Below are positions 45,102-54,890 of a DNA stretch of 64,000 bases, piece by piece. The position numbers were made by a program, and so were the translations under genes. Source of the DNA: Sutterella sp. (GTDB lineage: Bacteria > Pseudomonadota > Gammaproteobacteria > Burkholderiales > Burkholderiaceae_F); the NCBI RefSeq assembly GCF_030539355.1, contig NZ_JAUNSF010000005.1, positions 3,011 to 67,010 on the forward strand, given 5' to 3'. The notes under the pieces were generated by a model, which had not been told where the DNA came from, made no database searches, and was given only the letters and a program-made list of their open reading frames with translations. Position 1 is the stretch's first letter, and the number at the start of each line of letters is the position of its first letter.

Positions 45102-48100
45102 ATGAAAGGTGAAACCCAGAGGTTCAGGAAGTCCGTGCTCCTCGCAAGCATGCTCGCGGCCTTCGCCGGCGCCGAGGCGGCGACGGTGACGGATCCCGTG
45201 ACGGGAAGCGGGGACGCGTATGGCTCCGCGGTGAAGACATGTGACGGTGCGGTCTGTACCTATGACTTCGGCGAAACCGTGACGATCTCGGCCGACCGGT
45301 CGGACTTCGAGACCGAAAAAGCTTTCTTCGGCGAATTCGCGAACGGTGTTGTCCGGTTCATAGGCACTTCAAAGAACAAGCTCACCGGGTCGGAGATCAC
45401 CATAGCCAATCCTGTGACCATTGAGGCGACGGATGTGGCTCAGGAAGGCGACTCGTCCTCTGACGAGTTGTTCGGCGTTTATTTCAACTACGCGAACGGC
45501 AATGCTCTGACTTTCAAGGATGCACTCACGATCAACGCAACCCTCGAGAGAGACAGTTCAAGGTCCCTGGCCACGGCCAACGGCATCAACGTCCGTGGTG
45601 CGAATGCCAAGGGGAACACGATCAATGCCGGAGACACGACGATCTCCGTGGATGTGAGCAGTCTGCTCTCAGGTGCGCAGGCCAGAGGTATCTATACCTG
45701 GACAGGAGATAACGGCAACAGCATGACTTTCGGCGATCTGGTGATCCAGGTCTCCGCGGATTCGGAAGGCGGTGTCGCGAATGCATACGGACTCTACGGC
45801 GGCGGCCTTTCACTGACGGCTTCCTCGCTTCGGATTGAGGCGAATTCGAACACCTCGGCAGCCAGGAACGCAACGGCGCATGGACTCTATGCGCTTAAGT
45901 ACTCAGATATTGCCGTCAACGGCACTCTCAGCATTTCCGCCGAGGCGGAGAGCGGCGGTTCAAACGCCACGACCACCGGTCTCTGGGTGTACGGAGGCTC
46001 GGTCTCCGTGACGGGCGGCTCGGCTTCGGACATCACAGCCGTCGCCTCAAGCAGCGCCGGTAAAGCGACTGCCCGGGGCATCTATGTCTACACATCAGGG
46101 AGCGAACTCAACCTCTCGTCGGAATCGAGCCAGATCGTGACCGTCCGCAGCGAGGCCGTGAACACAGGGGGTGTGGCCAAGTCCTATGGCGTGGATCTCT
46201 ACGGCGCAGGCTTCACCTTCGAGGGGAGCCTGAACATCACCTCGACAGCGGATTCCTCAACGGGAGACGGCACTGCCTATGGTCTCAATGCCACGACGCA
46301 GACGGCGGTCATCAGGACTGCGCTCAACATCAATGCAGAGGGCGACGAGGCCTATGCCGTTCATGCATACCGAGGGGTCACGCAGGGCAGCGTCACTGCG
46401 GGGTCGGTGACGCTCTCCGCTGTCGGAACCGCAGAAGCCTGCGGTGTCTGTCTTGAGGGCGGCGCTGCCGATTTTGCCTCCGGCAGCATCTCCGCCTCGT
46501 CCGCGGCGGCAGACGCGACGGTCACTGCGGTGTCGGTCTCGGAGACGGGCGCCTTCGAAATGGGCTCCGAGGGTTCCGCCGTCACGATCATTGCCTAGGG
46601 CGTCGCCGGGGACACGGTCTCCGCGCTGCAGGTCACTGAGGGCTCGGCTACCTTCGACACCGGTGCCTCGGGCTCCGTCTACCTGTCGGCCGGGCTCTCG
46701 GACGACGGCTCCGACTCAAGCACGGTGACCACTGTCAGCGCGGTCGGCTCAGGCTCTTCGGTGGATGTGAGCACAGGCGACCTCCTCATCTTTACCGAGG
46801 CCGGGGATGGCGCGGGCACGGCGGTCTCGGCCGCGGACGGCGCGGCCGTCACGCTCACTGCCTCGACCTCCCTCGTGATTGACGCCAGGGACAAGGCGGT
46901 GAGCGCCACGGGCGGTGCCTCCGTCGAAATTGACTCCAGCAGCTCCTTTATCTGGGGAGACGTGACCGCTTCGGAAGCCGGTTCCGTGAATGTCTCGACG
47001 GGCAGCAGCTCCAGTCTGATCGGCACGCTCTCAGCCGCCTCCGGCGCCGCGGTGAACGTTTCGCTCGGCGCCGCCTCGAATTACTTCGGCCGAACGGCGA
47101 CGGACGCGGCTTCAACGGTCACTCTCACGCTCGGGGAGGGCTCCGAGTGGTTTTGCCTCGGCGACTCCGAACTCACGAGCCTCACAGCCGTGAACTCGAC
47201 GATCGCGATCAACGCGGTCTCGGAGGAGGGCAGTTTCACCACGCTCACCGTCGGAACGCTCTCGGGGAGCGGCATCACCTTCGAGATGAGCGCCGATCTC
47301 GCGGCGGGCCAGAGCGACCGGCTCGTCATCACAAACTCTCCTGCGGAGGGTGTGTCCTATGCGGTTTCGCTCAATCTGATCGGCAGCGAGCCCGCGGGGA
47401 ACGTGAGCGGCATTTCGCTCATATCCGGCGCTGCGGACGCCGCTTTCTCACTCACGGACCAGGTCGCCTACAACGGCTCGGCCGACTCCTGGACGCTGGA
47501 GTACATGACCGAGGAGGAGGGCGTCGCCTCAGCCGGCTGGTATCTCACGCGCCAGTCCGGCACGAACGCCGCCGACACCCGCGAGACCGACACGGTGAAG
47601 AACTTCGGCACCTCGGCCGGGGCCTACTACGCCTGGCGGGCCGACATGCGCGAGATCTCGGCGCGCGTGGCGGAGATCCGCGGGGGCGTGGTGAGCGCCG
47701 CGGGTCTCTGGGTGAAGGGCATCCACGAGCGCGACCGCGTCTCGACCGCACCGGGCAAAGGTCTGCGCCAGAAGACCTTCGGTCTCCACATCGGCGCGGA
47801 CAGCATCGTCGCCGACCGCGGCAATGCCGCCTGGCTCGCGGGCGTGTCGCTCCGGTTCGCGCACTCGGACCAGGATCACCTCGCCTCGGCCGGGAACGGC
47901 ACGGGGAACCTCGACCAGTACTCGGCGAAGCTCTGGGCCTCGCGCGTCGGGCGGTCCGGCGCGTACACCACGGTCGTGCTCACGGGCGGCTTCTATGACG
48001 CCGACTTCGAGGGCGTCTCCAACGCCCGCAACCTCACCGTGAAGTCGGACTACACGACCTTCGGCCTCGGCGCGGCGCTCGAGGCGGGCCACCGCTTCGA

Positions 48101-48530
48101 GTTCGGCGACCGCTCGCCGTGGTTCGTCGAGCCCCAGCTCGCGCTCTCGTACCTCTGGGTGAAGGGGCGCGACTGGACGACGACGACCGGCATGCAGGTC
48201 TCGCAGGAGGATGCGGAGTTCCTCACGGGCCGCGCCGGGTTCGAACTTGGCCGCCGCTTCCCCGTGGGCCTCACGGAGAACGATCCGAGAAGCATGCAGT
48301 TCTCGCTGCGCGCGGGCGTGATCCACGAGTTCATGGGCGACCAGGACGTGACCCTGAACCGCTCCCACAGGTTCGCCTCCGAGATCGGCGGGACGACCGC
48401 CTACTACGGTCTCGGCCTGGACTTCGGTCTCTCCGAGGCCCAGAACCTCTCGGTGAGCCTCGAGCGCGAGACCGGCGCGCACTATCACCGGGATCTCAGC
48501 GCCCGGGTGAACTGGTCCTGGCGCTTCTGA
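45102..48530 (+). pseudogene. autotransporter (type Va) adhesin-like protein interrupted by a single in-frame TAG
   Basis: ORFs 44967..46598 and 46725..48530 are in the same frame and separated only by TAG at 46596-46598; the sequence between them reads on as GVAGDTVSALQVTEGSATF... AAGGAG RBS and signal peptide MKGETQRFRKSVLLASMLAAFAGAEA. Degenerate beta-helix rungs, then a C-terminal beta-barrel ending ..RVNWSWRF. Confidence 0.85.
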
Positions 48531-48532
48531 GC

Positions 48533-48580
48533 TGAAAAAGAGCGGATGCGCCGCATCGTCCGGGCGCGGCGCATCCGCAA
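48533..48580. terminator. bidirectional hairpin terminator
   Basis: Perfect 13-bp stem GCGGATGCGCCGC (48542-48554) / GCGGCGCATCCGC (48566-48578). An A-run precedes it, which gives TCTTTTTC on the minus strand. Confidence 0.65.
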
Positions 48581-48633
48581 TCACAAGGAGTTCAGTTCTT
48601 AGCAAAGGCGTTCAGGACCTCGGTTTTCGGCCG

Positions 48634-49131
48634 TCAGATCCAGGTGACCCGCGCGTCGTCGTAGCGGAGCTTCACCTGCGGCATCTCCCTCGGATGCCCG
48701 ATTGCGATCAGGCAGAAGGGAAGCACGTTTGCGGGAAGACCGAGCGCCGAGATCACGCGCGCCATGCGCTCCTCCTGCGGCGCGATGCTCATCCAGACGC
48801 CGCCGAGGCCCTCCATCGTCGCTGCGAGCAGAATGTTCTCCGCGGCGGCCGAGAGGTCCATCTGCCAGTTCTCGGGGAAGCGCATGTGCGCGGTGTCGCC
48901 CGCGAGCACGAGCACGACCGGTGCGCCGGCGGCCGGATGCGCGTAGGGTGAGGCGAGCGAGAGAAGGCTGCGCTTCTCCGCGTCCTTCACCACATAGAAG
49001 CGCCAGGGCTGCTGGTTGCCCGCCGAGGGCGCCTGCATGGCGGCGGTGAGGAGCGCCGTCACGGCGTCGTCTGAGACGGGCTCGGGCGTGAAGCGGCGAA
49101 CGCTCGCCCTTGAGAGCATCGGGTTCACCAT
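48634..49131 (-). CDS. nitroreductase family protein (cytoplasmic)
   Basis: ORF 48634..49149. Start ATG 49131 overlaps the upstream stop (TGATG). MVNPMLSRASVRRFTPEPVSDDAVTALLTAAMQAPSAGNQQPWRFYVV. Confidence 0.85.
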   Translation of the reverse strand: MVNPMLSRASVRRFTPEPVSDDAVTALLTAAMQAPSAGNQQPWRFYVVKDAEKRSLLSLASPYAHPAAGAPVVLVLAGDTAHMRFPENWQMDLSAAAENILLAATMEGLGGVWMSIAPQEERMARVISALGLPANVLPFCLIAIGHPREMPQVKLRYDDARVTWI

Positions 49132-49772
49132 CACTTCTTCCCCTGCCACTTCTCGAAGTGGACCTGCGCGGGGTTCTCGTAGAGCGCGGAGGCGCTCGAG
49201 ACGGCGTCAGGCGCGGCGTGGCCGACCGCGATCATGATCTCGGGGATGAGATGGTCGGGAAGCTCGAGCGCGGCGCGCACGCCGATCTCGCGGTCCTTGA
49301 GCGGAGCGATGCTCATCGGCACGGTGACGAGACCGAGGCGGGCGGCCTCGACCAGCACCGCCTCGGTTGCGGCGCCCGCGTCAAACATCTGCAGCTCGTC
49401 ATAGCGCGCGGCCTTCGGGTTCGCGACGATCACGAGCGCGGCGGGAGCGCTCGCGAGCGCCATGCCGTAGGGCGTCGACTTCTGCATGGCGGCCATGCGG
49501 GCGCGGTCCGTGACCCAGACGAACTCGAGCGCACGCTGTCCGCCCCCGGTCGGGGCCGAGAAGGCGGCCAGCGTCAGCGCGCGGATCTGCTCGTTCGTGA
49601 GGGCCTCGGCCGAGTAGGTGCGCACGGTCCTGCGGGCGAAGACGTCTCCGTCGGGGACGTCCGCCGGGGCGGCGGACGGGCCGGCGGCGAAGGCCGTGGA
49701 GGCCATGGAGGCGGTGAGCGCGCAGATCGCGGCGGCGAGGATCGTCCGGGTGTTGGTCTTTGTCATCTTCAT
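49131..49772 (-). CDS. nitroreductase family protein with Sec-type signal peptide
   Basis: 213 aa. MKMTKTNTRTILAAAICALTASMASTAFA/AGP, then RRTVRTYSAEALTNEQIRALTLAAFSAPTGGGQRALEF. Confidence 0.8.
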   Translation of the reverse strand: MKMTKTNTRTILAAAICALTASMASTAFAAGPSAAPADVPDGDVFARRTVRTYSAEALTNEQIRALTLAAFSAPTGGGQRALEFVWVTDRARMAAMQKSTPYGMALASAPAALVIVANPKAARYDELQMFDAGAATEAVLVEAARLGLVTVPMSIAPLKDREIGVRAALELPDHLIPEIMIAVGHAAPDAVSSASALYENPAQVHFEKWQGKK

Positions 49773-50017
49773 TCTCCTTCTCCGGGGAATCCCGGCTGGT
49801 GGTTGAGCGAATGTTGGACGACTTTTCTCGAAAAGACAATAACTTACCGATTCGTAAGTACCCGGTTGGCGGGATGCGCGGCCGCGACGGGCAGGCGGGC
49901 GCCGGCGTCGATGCGGCGTCCTTCCCGCGGGACGCCTCAGGTACGGTCACGCCATACAAATCAGCATTCCGGCCTAAGGGTTTCCGACAGGTTTTCCATT
50001 TTTCAAGAGGTGAAAAA

Positions 50018-50040
50018 GTAATACCTGAGGTAATACCTGA
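50018..50040. repeat. tandem direct repeat GTAATACCTGA x2 (12-nt period)
   Basis: Exact copies at 50018-50028 and 50030-50040, followed by the palindrome TCTGACTCAGA (50041-50051). About 120 nt upstream of the ABC-transporter SBP gene. Confidence 0.8.
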
Positions 50041-50158
50041 TCTGACTCAGAGCCGTTTTCCCGCCTGTCCGTAAGCTAGGGTCCGAGGAGGCGCACATTT
50101 CATTCATCAAAACCACTTCATCGCGCCCGAACAGGATTTCAACTTCAGGAGAGAGAAC

Positions 50159-51184
50159 ATGGAACACAATTCTGAAAAGGCGCTGACGCTCTCGCGCCGC
50201 AGGCTTCTCGCCGCCGCCGGCGCCGCCGGCATCACCGCCGCCGCGGGCGCTCTGCCCGGCATCGCGCAGGCCGCCGCTCCCGCCGGCAAGGCGAAGATCG
50301 CGGTGCTTCCGGCCGTTGACGCGCTTATTCTCTACGCCGCCGAAAGTGATGGTCTCTTCAAGGCCGAGGGCATTGACTGTGAAATCGTTCCATTCAAGAG
50401 CGCACTCGAACTCAATGCCGCGATGAGAGCCGGTCGAATTGCCGGCCATTATTCGAACATTCTCACCACCATTGCGCAGCGCGCGAATGGCATTGACTCC
50501 GCCATTGCCGTGACGACCTGGCACACCTCGCCCGACTACCGCGCCTTCGGCTTCGCGGTGTCCCCGGCGAAGGCCGCCGAGCTCACGTCGCTCGACGTGG
50601 TCCGCGCCCGCAGGGGCGTGCAGACCTCGACGAGCTCGGGCACGATCACCGACTGGGTTCTCCACCGCATGGTCGAGACGGCTCCCGTTCCGCCCGAGTG
50701 CCTCAAGTCGGTCGAGGTCGCGCAGATCCCCATTCGTCTGCAGATGCTGAACGCCGGGCGTCTCGACACGGCGCTTTTCTATGAACCGCTTCTCACGCTG
50801 ATCGAGTCGAAGGGCGGCCGCACGATCTGGGATGACCGCGGATTGAATGAGCCGCTCTCGATGGTGGCGCTCCGCGGCCCCTATCTCACGGACGACTTCG
50901 TCGGCGCCTTCCGCCGCGCGCTCGCCGCCGCCGCGAAGCGTATCGACGCCGACCAGCAGAAGTACCTGCCGCTCGCCGTGAAGAAGGGCCTGATTCCGCA
51001 GGCGATCGTCAAGGATTACAGGCTGCAGAAGTTCTCCGGCTTCGCGACCCGTGACGGTCTGCCGCCGCTGCCGACCGACGAGCACGTGCGCGCCGCCGGC
51101 GAATGGCTCGTCGCCAACGGCCTTGTGAAGAAACTCCCGGATCTCGGCCCCGTGGTCTACCGCTCGGCCGCGAACGCCGACTGA
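50159..51184 (+). CDS. ABC transporter substrate-binding protein (NMT1/THI5-like, nitrate/sulfonate/bicarbonate family) with Tat signal
   Basis: 341 aa. LSRRRLLAAAGAAGITAAAGALPGIAQA Tat leader. AGGAGAGAGAAC RBS. Confidence 0.85.
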   Translation: MEHNSEKALTLSRRRLLAAAGAAGITAAAGALPGIAQAAAPAGKAKIAVLPAVDALILYAAESDGLFKAEGIDCEIVPFKSALELNAAMRAGRIAGHYSNILTTIAQRANGIDSAIAVTTWHTSPDYRAFGFAVSPAKAAELTSLDVVRARRGVQTSTSSGTITDWVLHRMVETAPVPPECLKSVEVAQIPIRLQMLNAGRLDTALFYEPLLTLIESKGGRTIWDDRGLNEPLSMVALRGPYLTDDFVGAFRRALAAAAKRIDADQQKYLPLAVKKGLIPQAIVKDYRLQKFSGFATRDGLPPLPTDEHVRAAGEWLVANGLVKKLPDLGPVVYRSAANAD

Positions 51185-51200
51185 CCGCAGAGGACCCGAC

Positions 51201-52022
51201 ATGACTGCAGTTTCCAATTCGCCCGCGCAGGCACGCGGTGCGGCGCTCTCAGTGGAGGACCTCTCCGTCGGCTATGGCGATGTGCCGGTGCTCGCGGACC
51301 TGTCCTTCAGGCTTCCCGCCGGGGCTTCGCTCGCAATCGTGGGCGAGTCGGGCTGCGGCAAGACGACGCTGCTCACCGCGGTCGCCGGCCTCAAGGCGGC
51401 CGCGAAGGGCTCGATCCGCTGGACGGACGCGGAGGGCGGCGCTCTCCCGAAGCTCCGTTCGAGCTTCGTCTGGCAGGGTCTCGGCCTCTTCCCCTGGAAG
51501 ACGGTCCGGCAGAACCTCGCGCTTCCCTTTGAACTGAAGAACTCGGTGATCCCGAAGTCGCAGGCGAAGGACCGTGTCGCCGGGATGCTCGCCGAGCTCG
51601 GCCTCACGGGCCTCGAGGACCGCTGGCCCTCCGCGCTCTCGGGCGGCCAGAGGCAGCGCCTCGCGCTAGGCCGCGCGCTGATCGGCGAGCCCGAGGTGCT
51701 CTTCATGGACGAGCCGTTCTCGGCCCTGGACGCCCTGCGACGCGAGCGCCTGCAGGACTTCCTCGCCGCGATGCGCGTGCGCCGCGGCGTCACGATGGTG
51801 TTCGTCACGCACGACATTCCGGAGGCGGTCTTCCTCGCCTCGCACATCCTGCTTCTCGCGGCCAATCCGCCGAGGCTCCTCAAGCTCTACGAGAACCCGG
51901 CCTGGCAGCCGGATCTGCAGTGCGCGAACCGCGAGTCGCCTTACTTCTATGACGCCATCCGTCACGTGCACTCGACGCTGCGCGAAGCCGCGATCAGCCG
52001 CGGCGAAAGGGAGGGGAACTGA
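51201..52022 (+). CDS. ABC transporter ATP-binding protein
   Basis: Walker A GESGCGKTT, signature LSGGQRQRLALGRAL, Walker B VLFMDEPFSALD. Confidence 0.92.
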   Translation: MTAVSNSPAQARGAALSVEDLSVGYGDVPVLADLSFRLPAGASLAIVGESGCGKTTLLTAVAGLKAAAKGSIRWTDAEGGALPKLRSSFVWQGLGLFPWKTVRQNLALPFELKNSVIPKSQAKDRVAGMLAELGLTGLEDRWPSALSGGQRQRLALGRALIGEPEVLFMDEPFSALDALRRERLQDFLAAMRVRRGVTMVFVTHDIPEAVFLASHILLLAANPPRLLKLYENPAWQPDLQCANRESPYFYDAIRHVHSTLREAAISRGEREGN

Positions 52023-52024
52023 CC

Positions 52025-52774
52025 ATGAACAACATTGCCATCCGCTATCTCGCGGGCACCGCGGTGCTCCTCCTCCTCTGGGAGGCGGGCAGCGTGACGC
52101 TCGGGCCTGAGATCCTGCCCGCGCCCCTGCAGTCGCTCCATGACTTTGCGCTCGCGCTCACCGACGAGACCTTCATCGGACACATCGCGGTGAGTCTCGT
52201 GCGCCTCATCTCCGCCATCCTCATCGCGGTCGGCACCGGCTTCACGCTCGGGCTCCTCTTCGGGCACCTCAAGGCCGCCGACTGGATCGGCGCGCCGATG
52301 ACCTTCATCACGCTGCCGCTGCCGAAGATCGTGCTCCTCCCGGTGTTCTTCACCGTGTTCGGTCTCGGCGACTCCTCGAGAATCCTGCTCATCGCGCTCG
52401 CCACCGGCTACCAGATTCTCGTGATCGTGCGCGAGACCGCGCTCTCGATCGAGCCGGCGTATGAACTGTCGCTGCGCTCGATGGGCGCCACGGCCTTCGA
52501 GCGCGTCCGCCACGCGTATCTCCCCGCGGCGCTGCCGTCGCTCATGACCTCGCTCAAGGTCTCGCTCGGCACGGCCATGGCTGTGCTCTTCCTCGCGGAG
52601 AGCTTCGCGACGGACTCCGGTCTCGGCTGGCTCATCATGGACGCCTGGGGCATGGCCGACATGGCGCGCATGTTCACGGGCATTCTCGGAATGTGCATCC
52701 TCGGCCTCATCTTCTACAGCGGCATCGGACTGCTCGAGCGGATGGTCTGCCCGTGGGAGCGGAGAGGATCCTGA
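52025..52774 (+). CDS. ABC transporter permease (BPD_transp_1 type)
   Basis: 249 aa, 6 TM helices. Follows the ATPase gene with a 2-nt gap. Confidence 0.9.
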   Translation: MNNIAIRYLAGTAVLLLLWEAGSVTLGPEILPAPLQSLHDFALALTDETFIGHIAVSLVRLISAILIAVGTGFTLGLLFGHLKAADWIGAPMTFITLPLPKIVLLPVFFTVFGLGDSSRILLIALATGYQILVIVRETALSIEPAYELSLRSMGATAFERVRHAYLPAALPSLMTSLKVSLGTAMAVLFLAESFATDSGLGWLIMDAWGMADMARMFTGILGMCILGLIFYSGIGLLERMVCPWERRGS

Positions 52775-52821
52775 CCGGAAGGATGTTGAAAACAGGAATC
52801 TTCCTCAAATCCCTTCTCGCA

Positions 52822-52860
52822 GAGGGCGACCGGAGTTTTCCGGCCGTCCTCTTTTCACGT
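52822..52860 (+). terminator. rho-independent terminator of ABC operon
   Basis: 12-bp stem (2 mismatches) GAGGGCGACCGG / CCGGCCGTCCTC, loop AGTTTT, followed by TTTTCACGTTT. Confidence 0.65.
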
Positions 52861-53071
52861 TTCGCGGGATATTTCCTCAGGGCTTGACGAACCCTCATTG
52901 AGGCAAGCAATTGTCCTGATAAGGAAAACCCCGTCTCAGGGATAATCTCTGCTTCATCAGGTGTCCGGGGCTGGCTCACCTTGACCGCTGCGAAGGAAAG
53001 GCTCATTCATTTCACGGCGGCTCACCCCGGTGCCGCAGACCAACCCTCAGCCTAACTTCCAGGAGAATCAA

Positions 53072-54304
53072 ATGGCTGGCAAAGCAAAAATATCCCTCGC
53101 CTGGCAGATGATGATCGGCCTTGCGGTCGGTGTCGTCGTCGGTGCCTTCGTCGACAGCCAGTTTGCGACGACTTATCTTCAGCCCCTCGGCACGCTCTTC
53201 ATCCGACTGATCCGCATGGTCGTCGTGCCCTTGGTGGTCGCCACCATCATCGCGGGCTCGGCTGGCATCTCTGACACGGCCAAGCTCGGCCGCGTCGCCC
53301 TGAAGGTGCTGATCGTCTACGCGATCACGACCGCCATCTCGGTGACCTTCGGTCTGCTCTTCGCGAACGCCATCCAGCCCGGCATGGGCCTCGATCTCTC
53401 GACCGAGGGCCTCGCCGCCAAGGCGGTCTCTGCCCCGGCTCTTTCCGAGACGCTCCTCAACATCGTCCCGATCAACCCGATGGAAGCCATGGCCAAGGGC
53501 AGCATGCTCCAGATCATCTTCTTCGCGGTGATGTTCGGCTTCGGTCTCGCGGCGCTCGGTGAGCGCGGCAAGCCCGTGCTCAACTTCTTCGAGCTCGTCG
53601 GCGACGTCATGATCCGCATGACCGGCTACGTGATGCTCTACGCCCCGATCGGTGTGTTCGGCCTCATCTCCTTCACGGTCGCCAAGCACGGCCTGCAGGT
53701 TCTGATCCCGCTCCTCACGCTCGTTCTCACGTCGCTCATCGCCACCGCCGTCCTCGTCTTCGTGATCCTCGTCCCGATGGTCGCGATCCTCGGCAAGACC
53801 GGCCCGGCGAAGTTCCTCAAGGGCATCTTCGAGCCCTGGCTCATCGCCTTCACGACGTGCTCCTCCGCCGCGGCTCTGCCGGCCAACCTGAAGGCCGCCC
53901 GCATCCTCGGTTCGACCAAGGCCATCGCCTCGTTCTCGATCCCGCTCGGCAACACCGTCAACATGAACGGCACGGCCGTCTACATGGGCGTCTGCTCGGT
54001 CTTCGCGGCTGAGGTGTTCGGCATCGACCTCTCGATGACCGACCAGATCACGATCGTTCTCATGGGCGTTCTCGCCGCCGTCGGCACCGCCGGCGTCCCG
54101 GGCGCGGGCCTCATCATGACGACCGTCGTCTTCACGCAGGTCGGCATCCCGCTCGAGGCCGTGGCGCTCATCGCCGGCATCGACCGTCTGCTCGACATGA
54201 TCCGCACCTCGATCAACGTGGTCGGTGACGTGGCCTCGGCCATCGTCGTCACGAACCTCGAGGGCGACCTCAACAGCGAGCCCTACGAGGAGGGCGAGGC
54301 CTGA
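53072..54304 (+). CDS. dicarboxylate/amino acid:cation symporter (DAACS family)
   Basis: AGGAG RBS then MAGKAKISLAWQMMIGLAVG... Family motifs ..SSAAALPANL.. and ..GVPGAGLIM..IDRLLDMIRTSINVVGD. Confidence 0.92.
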   Translation: MAGKAKISLAWQMMIGLAVGVVVGAFVDSQFATTYLQPLGTLFIRLIRMVVVPLVVATIIAGSAGISDTAKLGRVALKVLIVYAITTAISVTFGLLFANAIQPGMGLDLSTEGLAAKAVSAPALSETLLNIVPINPMEAMAKGSMLQIIFFAVMFGFGLAALGERGKPVLNFFELVGDVMIRMTGYVMLYAPIGVFGLISFTVAKHGLQVLIPLLTLVLTSLIATAVLVFVILVPMVAILGKTGPAKFLKGIFEPWLIAFTTCSSAAALPANLKAARILGSTKAIASFSIPLGNTVNMNGTAVYMGVCSVFAAEVFGIDLSMTDQITIVLMGVLAAVGTAGVPGAGLIMTTVVFTQVGIPLEAVALIAGIDRLLDMIRTSINVVGDVASAIVVTNLEGDLNSEPYEEGEA

Positions 54305-54360
54305 CCGGCTTCTCTGCCTCAAGTCCGGGAGCCTTCGGCTTCCGGATCCGCGCTCCGTAA

Positions 54361-54413
54361 GAAGGAGGCACATCGGGGAGAATTCTCCCGCGAGTGCCTC
54401 CTTCGTCGTTTTT
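54361..54413 (+). terminator. rho-independent terminator of symporter gene
   Basis: 11-bp stem GAAGGAGGCAC (54361-54371) / GTGCCTCCTTC (54394-54404) with inner palindrome GGGAGAATTCTCCC, followed by GTCGTTTTT. Confidence 0.75.
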
Positions 54414-54607
54414 GGAGAATCCGTCTCCCCGGCCAGGGCGGCGCCGCGTTTACAGAGAGGGGCTGCGGAGGCGGGCTGGGCCGGCACCGCACCGTCTCCG
54501 GGCAAAATGAACAATTGTTCGTATGTTGCTTTTGAGTTGTGCCGCAGGACAGGATTGGTCTGAAAGGAGATGCACCCCAATGACTGTCGCCGCAGGGGAG
54601 GGGCCTC

Positions 54608-54648
54608 AACAGGGCGGGTTTCCGCAGGGCTGCACCGCCTGTTTTTTG
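54608..54648 (+). terminator. orphan intrinsic terminator in long intergenic region
   Basis: AACAGGGCGG ..17 nt.. CCGCCTGTT followed by TTTTTT (54642-54647). There is no annotated + strand gene between it and the previous terminator. Confidence 0.5.
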
Positions 54649-54890
54649 AGAAGCGTCTGATAGTTCGGCGATTTTTGCCCGGGGCGGGGCCTCTGACCCT
54701 GGAGAGACAGCGCCTGACCCGCGGGGGAGTGTAGGCGCTCCTTCTTGTTGTATACCTGCAACTGCGAAATTGGGAGCGTGTTCGAGCCCTGATAAACAGG
54801 CAATCTGAGATATAATCGCAAGAACTCAGACTATGTTCGCGCCCTGCGCGACGACTTACCCACAGGATTCCCACTTTTAGAGAATGCGAA

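Noticed and set aside
50018-50060. Possible TPP riboswitch upstream of the NMT1/THI5-like ABC transporter (ACCTGATCTGA string, CTGAGG nearby)
   Set aside because: The CUGAGA-like and ACCUGAUC-like elements are only 7 nt apart. No P2/P3/P5 helices can be drawn, and TCTGACTCAGA leaves a 1-nt loop. It is better explained as a tandem 11-mer repeat. An Infernal scan would settle it.
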